64,000 nucleotides of DNA from Arcobacteraceae bacterium (GTDB lineage: Bacteria > Campylobacterota > Campylobacteria > Campylobacterales > Arcobacteraceae). Every line of letters starts with the position of its first letter. The first letter of the stretch is position 1. Below are positions 1 through 12,000 of the stretch, piece by piece. The position numbers and the translations under genes were made by a program. The stretch is taken from positions 64,001-128,000 of the forward strand of contig CBDCZH010000019.1 of assembly GCA_965224485.1 (NCBI GenBank), in the 5' to 3' direction. The notes beneath the pieces are model-generated. The model saw nothing but the letters and a program-made list of their open reading frames with translations. It did no database searches and was not told the DNA's origin.

Positions 1-3000
1 GAGTTCCACCATTAACATCACTTATTGAACTTTCTAAATTAAAATTATAAGAGTTTGTTAATGACTGTTCAAGTTCAAAACTTGCATTTTGGGTTTCAGG
101 AGCGTAATCTAATCTTGTAACATATTGCCAATTACTTCCAGAGAATTTAATTAATTCAACATTTTTAAGAATAGTTAAATCACCCAATGAATCATTATTA
201 TCATCAATATTTCTACTTGAATCAACAATTTCTCTTAAAGTAACATCACCATCTTCATTTTTTGAAATAATATAATCTTCTATTCTTCCACCCATTTCAA
301 TTTTATCATGTCGTCCATCACCCATATCAATAACAGTAAAATCATTATCATCATTTCCACTTACTGTACGTAAAGAAGAGTTTTTATCATGAATTACATA
401 ATCATTTCCATCACCAGTCATAACATAATCATCATAATCTTCTGTTATTACTCTTTGACCCGTTCCATGCCAGTAATGAGTTGTATCAGTAGCATCTGTA
501 AGGTTTCCTGCTGTATCCATCTCTTTTACGAAAAAGAATTCATTGTCATTTAATTTTGTAGCTTTTAAATCACTAATATCAATATTCCATGTTCCATCAT
601 CTTTTACAAAAGTACTAGCAACTTGATTTTTATTTTCATCATATAAATATATTGTATTTCCAACTTCAGCGCCAGTTCCACTCATTGTAACACTTGAATA
701 ATCACCATTAGTATCAACAATATTAGTAATACTTAATTTATTTATTTCACTTGCACTGTAATCAATTAAAACTTCTTGTGTAGAAGTAACACTTGTACCA
801 CTACTGTCAGTTGAAGTTATAAGTAAACTATGATTTCCTTCTTCTAAAGCAGATGTAGTAATAGAATAATTACCAAATAAATCAGCTTCATCTCTTCCTA
901 CTTCTATTCCATTTAATGTTATTACAACCATAGCTCCTGATTCTGTATTCCCAGTAATTGTTGGTGTATCATCAGATGTTATATCATCTTTATTTGATAC
1001 TCCCGTATCACTTGCATCAACAAGATCAGAATCAACACTCATTTTATTAGCAATTTTAAAATTAACATTAAAAACAACATCACCAAAATCAGCATCACCT
1101 AAATTTGGTAAATCTTCAACTCTAATAGTAGTTCCACCCTTACCATCATCTTCTAAGATAAAATGATCTTTTCCATCAGAGTTAAATGTTGGATTATCCC
1201 AATAAACAGGTTTAGAGCTAGAAGTTCCATTAATTAATAAAACAGGTGTATCTAAACTTGTATCAAAAGTAATTTTAGATTCATCATTAACTAAATGTGC
1301 ACCATTTACAATAATAAAGAAACCATATTCTTTATTTGGATTCATATCAGCTAAATGCTCACCTGCGTCAAGATTGTGTTGATTATCAACAATAACAATA
1401 CTCTCTCCAAGTGGGTTCCCATTTTCATCTATCTCATAATATCCAATAACATTATTAAAAGAAGCACTTTGTCCTACATAAGTAACATCATTATTAACAC
1501 CATTTACATCAATAACTAAAGTACTTTGAGAACTTGCACCCTTAGAATCTGTTACTACTATTTCAAGTTGTATTTTTTGATTTTGTGACTCATTTAACGA
1601 ATCATAAGAATCAGCATCAAAAGTATATGAACCATCCTCATTTAACACAAAACCTGTAGGAGCAATTGTTCCTTCTTTTAAAGCAAAGCTAAAACTATCA
1701 CCCTCTTCATCTACAGCTATAATTTTTCCTTGTATTGCACTATCTTCATCTACACTTTGAACACCTAAAGGTGTAATAACAGGAGCATCATTTACTTCTT
1801 TTACATTTAAGCTAACAGTAGCAGTACTTTGTTCTCCATTACCATCACTAATAGTATAAGTAAAACTAATTGCTCCACTATAATTTGCTTCAGGAACAAA
1901 AATTATATTTCCTGTTAAATCTACACTTACTTCACCATGAGTATCATCAGTTTTACTAACACTTACAATACTTAACTTATCACCATCTTCATCACTATCA
2001 TTTTGTAATAAGATAGAAGAATCAATATTTAAAACAGTATCTTCTATAGCTTCAACAATAGAATAATTATGCTCTGCTTGAATATAATTAATTGTAAAAC
2101 TTGACCAAGTTTCAGCACCATTAGTTTCATCCAATAATGAAAATTCTATTTTATCAAATGTTGCTTCAACATGAATCTTGTTTGTTGTAAGGTCATTATC
2201 CCCATCATTGTTTAAAGTATCACTTGCAACACTACCTCTTGCAACTTCAAGTCCATTTTCATAAGCAATCCATTGAACACTTGAACCTTCATCAAAACCA
2301 TGAGTTAAATGAGATACTCCAATATCTGCACTATGAATACTTGAGTCAAAATCCATTACAATTTTTTCATCATAATTAATTCTATTACTTTCTAAATAAT
2401 CAGATTCAGGACTTCCTGGTTTTGCATTCATTCCTAAACCAACATCTAAAACTCCATTTCCTGTAATACTATAATAAGCTAACTGACCAAGTTCTCCACC
2501 ACTATAACCAGAAATTGTCCCACTTAAATTTCCAACTTTAATTTGCATAGCACCATCTTGTGCTCCTGGTACTTCATTCCAAGCTGAAAAATCATAAACT
2601 TGATCTTTCGAACCTAACATTATTGTTTCAGTTCCAAAGTTATCATCTTGTGCAATAGGAGCATCATTTACTAAAATAGTTGTAGGAGTTGCAAGTGTAG
2701 TAATATTTGTAGAACTACCACTTGAAGTTAAAGAAATAGAAGGAAGAGTATTTCCAGCATCTAAGTATTCTTCACCTAAAGCTGTTAATTTAACCTCATT
2801 ACCATCAAGTATATAATAGTTTTCACTATTACTACCATCAGTAAATTCAGCTCTTACATTATTATCTTTATCATTTAAATCAAAAGTAGCAACAACAGAA
2901 CCTTCTTTGCTTAAATCTTCTGTAACTTCTTTAGCAGTTATTTTTAAAGTAGTAATGTCATCAGTTCCATGAACAGCTATACTAACACTTGCCGTATCAC

Positions 3001-6000
3001 TTCCTGCTTGTCCATCACTTACACTATAAGTGAAAGTAACAGTTTTACTCTCATTTGTATTTAAGCTATCAAACTCATCATTTGGTGTAAATTTAATTTT
3101 ATTATTTTCAATTACTGCTGTTCCAACTTCAATACCATTTAACATAACAGGACTTTGAACTTCTGTTATTTCTAAAGTATCTCCTGTAGCATCTTTATCA
3201 TTTCTTATAACATCAATAATAATTGTTTGATCTTCATAAATAGAAACACTATCATTTTTAGCGGTAACATCATTTCCAATAATATCAGGTAATTCAAAGT
3301 TAACATTTAAAACAACATCACCAAAATCAGCATCACCTAGGTTTGGTAAATCTTCAATATTAATATTAGTTCCACCTTTTCCATCAGTTGAAAATACAAA
3401 GTGATCTTTTCCATCTGCATTAAACTCAGGATTATCATGATACACAGGTTTAGTACTAGCACTTCCATTTATTAGTAAAACAGGTGTGTCTGAACTTGTA
3501 TCAAAAGTAATCACAGAGCTTTCATTTATTAGTCCTGCACCATTTGCAATAATAAAGAAACCATAATTTACATCTGGATCCATATCAGATAAATGCTCAC
3601 CTTTTTTCATACCATGTTGGTCATCAATTACAACATGAACTTCACCTGTAGGTTTTCCATTTGAATCTATTTCATAGTACCCTACTACATTTGCATATCC
3701 AGCTGCTTCACTTACATAAGTTAAATCATTATTAACACCAGTAACATCAACAATAACTCTTGATTCTCCACTATTACCAGAACTATCTTTTATTTGATAA
3801 TTAAATTCTAGACCACTTTCACTTCCTTCATTTAAGGCATCATATATATGTGAAGGTGTAAATTTAATTTGTTGGATTCCATCAACTGTAACAATTTCAA
3901 CTGTTCCTAATGCTTCTCCTTGTTTATTTACAGGTACGTCAACAGAAGTAATAATTGAACCTTCTTCATCATTAGCTAAAACATTTATAATAACTGTTCC
4001 ATCTTCATTTACTTGTGCATAATCTTCTTGTGCATGAGCTACTGTATCTGTAGTATTTGCTGGATCAACTATATTTGAAGTAATACCATTAGCATCAACT
4101 GTAAAGTTTGGTAAATCTGCTCCTGTATTTACTAAAGCAGCACCTGCTTGTGTTAATTGAACTTCTGGAACACCATTTACTTCTACAATTTTATAATTTA
4201 CAGTATCACTTAAGCTTAAAGTAATATCATCATCTTCATCACTTGCTTTTATACTAGCTACTTTAGCACCTTCTTTTGTAGATTTTTCTACAAAGTTTTC
4301 TTCAATAGCTGTTACTGTAATTACTGCATCATCATTAACTGTAGTTACACTTGGATCAAGTGTATTTGAAGTGATTCCATTTGCTTGTACTGTAAAGCTT
4401 GGTAAATCAGAACCTGAATTAACTAGTTCTGCTCCTTCTTTTGTTAATTGAACTTCTACTGTTCCATCTGTTAGTGTTACTAATTTATAGTTAGTTGTAT
4501 CACTTAAAGTTAAAGAAACATCATCATCTTCATCACTTGCAACAACTTTTGCAACAGTTTCACCTATTTTTGTATCATCTTCTGTGAAGTTTAATTTTAC
4601 TTCATTTAAAGTAATTTGTGCATCATCATTAACTGTAGTTACACTTGGATCAAGTGTATTTGAAGTGATTCCATTTGCTTGTACTGTAAAGCTTGGTAAA
4701 TCAGAACCTGAATTAACTAGTTCTGCTCCTTCTTTTGTTAATTGAACTTCTACTGTTCCATCTGTTAGTGTTACTAATTTATAGTTAGTTGTATCACTTA
4801 AAGTTAAAGAAACATCATCATCTTCATCACTTGCAACAACTTTTGCAACAGTTTCACCTATTTTTGTATCATCTTCTGTGAAGTTTAATTTTACTTCATT
4901 TAAAGTAATTTGTGCATCATCATTAACTGTAGTTACACTTGGATCAAGTGTATTTGAAGTGATTCCATTAGCTTGTACTGTAAAGCTTGGTAAATCAGAA
5001 CCTGAATTAACTAGTTCTGCTCCTTCTTTTGTTAATTGAACTTCTACTGTTCCATCTGTTAGTGTTACTAATTTATAGTTAGTTGTATCACTTAAAGTTA
5101 AAGAAACATCATCATCTTCATCACTTGCAACAACTTTTGCAACAGTTTCACCTATTTTTGTATCATCTTCTGTGAAGTTTAATTTTACTTCATTTAAAGT
5201 AATTTGTGCATCATCATTAACTGTAGTTACACTTGGATCAAGTGTATTTGAAGTGATTCCATTAGCTTGTACTGTAAAGCTTGGTAAATCAGAACCTGAA
5301 TTAACTAGTTCTGCTCCTTCTTTTGTTAATTGAACTTCTACTGTTCCATCTGTTAGTGTTACTAATTTATAGTTAGTTGTATCACTTAATTTTAAAGAAA
5401 CATCATCATCTTCATCACTTGCAACAACTTTTGCAACAGTTTCACCTGTTTTTGTATCATCTTCTGTGAAGTTTAATTTTACTTCATTTAAAGTAATTTG
5501 TGCATCATCATTAACTGTAGTTACACTTGGATCAAGTGTATTTGAAGTGATTCCATTTGCTTGTACTGTAAAGCTTGGTAAATCAGAACCTGAATTAACT
5601 AGTTCTGCTCCTTCTTTTGTTAATTGAACTTCTACTGTTCCATCTGTTAGTGTTACTAATTTATAGTTAGTTGTATCACTTAAAGTTAAAGAAACATCAT
5701 CATCTTCATCACTTGCAACAACTTTTGCAACAGTTTCACCTATTTTTGTATCATCTTCTGTGAAGTTTAATTTTACTTCATTTAAAGTAATTTGTGCATC
5801 ATCATTAACTGTAGTTACACTTGGATCAAGTGTATTTGAAGTGATTCCATTTGCTTGTACTGTAAAGCTTGGTAAATCAGAACCTGAATTAACTAGTTCT
5901 GCTCCTTCTTTTGTTAATTGAACTTCTACTGTTCCATCTGTTAGTGTTACTAATTTATAGTTAGTTGTATCACTTAAAGTTAAAGAAACATCATCATCTT

Positions 6001-9000
6001 CATCACTTGCAACAACTTTTGCAACAGTTTCACCTATTTTTGTATCATCTTCTGTGAAGTTTAATTTTACTTCATTTAAAGTAATTTGTGCATCATCATT
6101 AACTGTAGTTACACTTGGATCAAGTGTATTTGAAGTGATTCCATTAGCTTGTACTGTAAAGCTTGGTAAATCAGAACCTGAATTAACTAGTTCTGCTCCT
6201 TCTTTTGTTAATTGAACTTCTACTGTTCCATCTGTTAGTGTTACTAATTTATAGTTAGTTGTATCACTTAAAGTTAAAGAAACATCATCATCTTCATCAC
6301 TTGCAACAACTTTTGCAACAGTTTCACCTATTTTTGTATCATCTTCTGTGAAGTTTAATTTTACTTCATTTAAAGTAATTTGTGCATCATCATTAACTGT
6401 AGTTACACTTGGATCAAGTGTATTTGAAGTGATTCCATTTGCTTGTACTGTAAAGCTTGGTAAATCAGAACCTGAATTAACTAGTTCTGCTCCTTCTTTT
6501 GTTAATTGAACTTCTACTGTTCCATCTGTTAGTGTTACTAATTTATAGTTAGTTGTATCACTTAAAGTTAAAGAAACATCATCATCTTCATCACTTGCAA
6601 CAACTTTTGCAACAGTTTCACCTGTTTTTGTATCATCTTCTGTGAAGTTTAATTTTACTTCATTTAAAGTAATTTGTGCATCATCATTAACTGTAGTTAC
6701 ACTTGGATCAAGTGTATTTGAAGTGATTCCATTAGCTTGTACTGTAAAGCTTGGTAAATCAGAACCTGAATTAACTAGTTCTGCTCCTTCTTTTGTTAAT
6801 TGAACTTCTACTGTTCCATCTGTTAGTGTTACTAATTTATAGTTAGTTGTATCACTTAAAGTTAAAGAAACATCATCATCTTCATCACTTGCAACAACTT
6901 TTGCAACAGTTTCACCTATTTTTGTATCATCTTCTGTGAAGTTTAATTTTACTTCATTTAAAGTAATTTGTGCATCATCATTAACTGTAGTTACACTTGG
7001 ATCAAGTGTATTTGAAGTGATTCCATTTGCTTGTACTGTAAAGCTTGGTAAATCAGAACCTGAATTAACTAGTTCTGCTCCTTCTTTTGTTAATTGAACT
7101 TCTACTGTTCCATCTGTTAGTGTTACTAATTTATAGTTAGTTGTATCACTTAAAGTTAAAGAAACATCATCATCTTCATCACTTGCAACAACTTTTGCAA
7201 CAGTTTCACCTGTTTTTGTATCATCTTCTGTGAAGTTTAATTTTACTTCATTTAAAGTAATTTGTGCATCATCATTAACTGTAGTTACACTTGGATCAAG
7301 TGTATTTGAAGTGATTCCATTAGCTTGTACTGTAAAGCTTGGTAAATCAGAACCTGAATTAACTAGTTCTGCTCCTTCTTTTGTTAATTGAACTTCTACT
7401 GTTCCATCTGTTAGTGTTACTAATTTATAGTTAGTTGTATCACTTAAAGTTAAAGAAACATCATCATCTTCATCACTTGCAACAACTTTTGCAACAGTTT
7501 CACCTATTTTTGTATCATCTTCTGTGAAGTTTAATTTTACTTCATTTAAAGTAATTTGTGCATCATCATTAACTGTAGTTACACTTGGATCAAGTGTATT
7601 TGAAGTGATTCCATTTGCTTGTACTGTAAAGCTTGGTAAATCAGAACCTGAATTAACTAGTTCTGCTCCTTCTTTTGTTAATTGAACTTCTACTGTTCCA
7701 TCTGTTAGTGTTACTAATTTATAGTTAGTTGTATCACTTAAAGTTAAAGAAACATCATCATCTTCATCACTTGCAACAACTTTTGCAACAGTTTCACCTA
7801 TTTTTGTATCATCTTCTGTGAAGTTTAATTTTACTTCATTTAAAGTAATTTGTGCATCATCATTAACTGTAGTTACACTTGGATCAAGTGTATTTGAAGT
7901 GATTCCATTTGCTTGTACTGTAAAGCTTGGTAAATCAGAACCTGAATTAACTAGTTCTGCTCCTTCTTTTGTTAATTGAACTTCTACTGTTCCATCTGTT
8001 AGTGTTACTAATTTATAGTTAGTTGTATCACTTAATTTTAAAGAAACATCATCATCTTCATCACTTGCAACAACTTTTGCAACAGTTTCACCTGTTTTTG
8101 TATCATCTTCTGTGAAGTTTAATTTTACTTCATTTAAAGTAATTTGTGCATCATCATTAACTGTAGTTACACTTGGATCAAGTGTATTTGAAGTGATTCC
8201 ATTAGCTTGTACTGTAAAGCTTGGTAAATCAGAACCTGAATTAACTAGTTCTGCTCCTTCTTTTGTTAATTGAACTTCTACTGTTCCATCTGTTAGTGTT
8301 ACTAATTTATAGTTAGTTGTATCACTTAAAGTTAAAGAAACATCATCATCTTCATCACTTGCAACAACTTTTGCAACAGTTTCACCTATTTTTGTATCAT
8401 CTTCTGTGAAGTTTAATTTTACTTCATTTAAAGTAATTTGTGCATCATCATTAACTGTAGTTACACTTGGATCAAGTGTATTTGAAGTGATTCCATTAGC
8501 TTGTACTGTAAAGCTTGGTAAATCAGAACCTGAATTAACTAGTTCTGCTCCTTCTTTTGTTAATTGAACTTCTACTGTTCCATCTGTTAGTGTTACTAAT
8601 TTATAGTTAGTTGTATCACTTAATTTTAAAGAAACATCATCATCTTCATCACTTGCAACAACTTTTGCAACAGTTTCACCTGTTTTTGTATCATCTTCTG
8701 TGAAGTTTAATTTTACTTCATTTAAAGTAATTTGTGCATCATCATTAACTGTAGTTACACTTGGATCAAGTGTATTTGAAGTGATTCCATTAGCTTGTAC
8801 TGTAAAGCTTGGTAAATCAGAACCTGAATTAACTAGTTCTGCTCCTTCTTTTGTTAATTGAACTTCTACTGTTCCATCTGTTAGTGTTACTAATTTATAG
8901 TTAGTTGTATCACTTAAAGTTAAAGAAACATCATCATCTTCATCACTTGCAACAACTTTTGCAACAGTTTCACCTGTTTTTGTATCATCTTCTGTGAAGT

Positions 9001-12000
9001 TTAATTTTACTTCATTTAAAGTAATTTGTGCATCATCATTAACTGTAGTTACACTTGGATCAAGTGTATTTGAAGTGATTCCATTAGCTTGTACTGTAAA
9101 GCTTGGTAAATCAGAACCTGAATTAACTAGTTCTGCTCCTTCTTTTGTTAATTGAACTTCTACTGTTCCATCTGTTAGTGTTACTAATTTATAGTTAGTT
9201 GTATCACTTAAAGTTAAAGAAACATCATCATCTTCATCACTTGCAACAACTTTTGCAACAGTTTCACCTATTTTTGTATCATCTTCTGTGAAGTTTAATT
9301 TTACTTCATTTAAAGTAATTTGTGCATCATCATTAACTGTAGTTACACTTGGATCAAGTGTATTTGAAGTGATTCCATTAGCTTGTACTGTAAAGCTTGG
9401 TAAATCAGAACCTGAATTAACTAGTTCTGCTCCTTCTTTTGTTAATTGAACTTCTACTGTTCCATCTGTTAGTGTTACTAATTTATAGTTAGTTGTATCA
9501 CTTAATTTTAAAGAAACATCATCATCTTCATCACTTGCAACAACTTTTGCAACAGTTTCACCTGTTTTTGTATCATCTTCTGTGAAGTTTAATTTTACTT
9601 CATTTAAAGTAATTTGTGCATCATCATTAACTGTAGTTACACTTGGATCAAGTGTATTTGAAGTGATTCCATTAGCTTGTACTGTAAAGCTTGGTAAATC
9701 AGAACCTGAATTAACTAGTTCTGCTCCTTCTTTTGTTAATTGAACTTCTACTGTTCCATCTGTTAGTGTTACTAATTTATAGTTAGTTGTATCACTTAAT
9801 TTTAAAGAAACATCATCATCTTCATCACTTGCAACAACTTTTGCAACAGTTTCACCTGTTTTTGTATCATCTTCTGTGAAGTTTAATTTTACTTCATTTA
9901 AAGTAATTTGTGCATCATCATTAACTGTAGTTACACTTGGATCAAGTGTATTTGAAGTGATTCCATTAGCTTGTACTGTAAAGCTTGGTAAATCAGAACC
10001 TGAATTAACTAGTTCTGCTCCTTCTTTTGTTAATTGAACTTCTACTGTTCCATCTGTTAGTGTTACTAATTTATAGTTAGTTGTATCACTTAAAGTTAAA
10101 GAAACATCATCATCTTCATCACTTGCAACAACTTTTGCAACAGTTTCACCTATTTTTGTATCATCTTCTGTGAAGTTTAATTTTACTTCATTTAAAGTAA
10201 TTTGTGCATCATCATTAACTGTAGTTACACTTGGATCAAGTGTATTTGAAGTGATTCCATTAGCTTGTACTGTAAAGCTTGGTAAATCAGAACCTGAATT
10301 AACTAGTTCTGCTCCTTCTTTTGTTAATTGAACTTCTACTGTTCCATCTGTTAGTGTTACTAATTTATAGTTAGTTGTATCACTTAATTTTAAAGAAACA
10401 TCATCATCTTCATCACTTGCAACAACTTTTGCAACAGTTTCACCTGTTTTTGTATCATCTTCTGTGAAGTTTAATTTTACTTCATTTAAAGTAATTTGTG
10501 CATCATCATTAACTGTAGTTACACTTGGATCAAGTGTATTTGAAGTGATTCCATTAGCTTGTACTGTAAAGCTTGGTAAATCAGAACCTGAATTAACTAG
10601 TTCTGCTCCTTCTTTTGTTAATTGAACTTCTACTGTTCCATCTGTTAGTGTTACTAATTTATAGTTAGTTGTATCACTTAAAGTTAAAGAAACATCATCA
10701 TCTTCATCACTTGCAACAACTTTTGCAACAGTTTCACCTGTTTTTGTATCATCTTCTGTGAAGTTTAATTTTACTTCATTTAAAGTAATTTGTGCATCAT
10801 CATTAACTGTAGTTACACTTGGATCAAGTGTATTTGAAGTGATTCCATTTGCTTGTACTGTAAAGCTTGGTAAATCAGAACCTGAATTAACTAGTTCTGC
10901 TCCTTCTTTTGTTAATTGAACTTCTACTGTTCCATCTGTTAGTGTTACTAATTTATAGTTAGTTGTATCACTTAAAGTTAAAGAAACATCATCATCTTCA
11001 TCACTTGCAACAACTTTTGCAACAGTTTCACCTATTTTTGTATCATCTTCTGTGAAGTTTAATTTTACTTCATTTAAAGTAATTTGTGCATCATCATTAA
11101 CTGTAGTTACACTTGGATCAAGTGTATTTGAAGTGATTCCATTTGCTTGTACTGTAAAGCTTGGTAAATCAGAACCTGAATTAACTAGTTCTGCTCCTTC
11201 TTTTGTTAATTGAACTTCTACTGTTCCATCTGTTAGTGTTACTAATTTATAGTTAGTTGTATCACTTAAAGTTAAAGAAACATCATCATCTTCATCACTT
11301 GCAACAACTTTTGCAACAGTTTCACCTATTTTTGTATCATCTTCTGTGAAGTTTAATTTTACTTCATTTAAAGTAATTACTGCATCATCATTAACATCTG
11401 TTGTATTAACAGGATTAATCTCTTTATTTGTACTTTGATTTTGAATATTATCTGTTGCACTTAAAGTAAATTTTGGTAAATCTTCACCTACATTTACAGC
11501 ATCAGCACCTTCTTGTGTTAAAACTACTGTATTTCCAACAATTTTATAATTATTTGTATCACTTAAACTTACACTAACTTCATCCCCATCATTATCAGAT
11601 GTAGAAAAAGTAGCAACAACTTTTCCTTTACTTGTAGAGTCTTCAACAAATTCACTACTTACAGACTCTATAACTATTTGTGCTTCTTGATTTAAAATTG
11701 TATCATTTAAAGAAATACTTACTTCACTAGCACTGTTTTGAATATTATCTGTAGCTAATATTTTAAAATCAGGTAAATTTTTACCTTCATTTATTGCATC
11801 AGCTCCTTCTTTTGTTAAAACTACATTTCCTTTATTATCAAGAGTATAAAATACATCATTAGTTAAACTAACATCAATTTTATCTCCATCTTCATCAAAT
11901 GTAGTATATTTAACTACAAGATCACCTACTGTAGCACTGTTTTGAGTAAAGGTATTTACCTCGTTAGATTCAAGTATAACTTCATCATTTACATCTTGTG

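Noticed and set aside
4326..11381. CRISPR array or non-coding satellite
   Set aside because: Units are 294 bp, contiguous, in frame and coding; there are no unique spacers and no cas genes.
4326..11381. Diversity-generating retroelement template/variable repeats
   Set aside because: Only three recurring biallelic sites, and no reverse transcriptase in the window.
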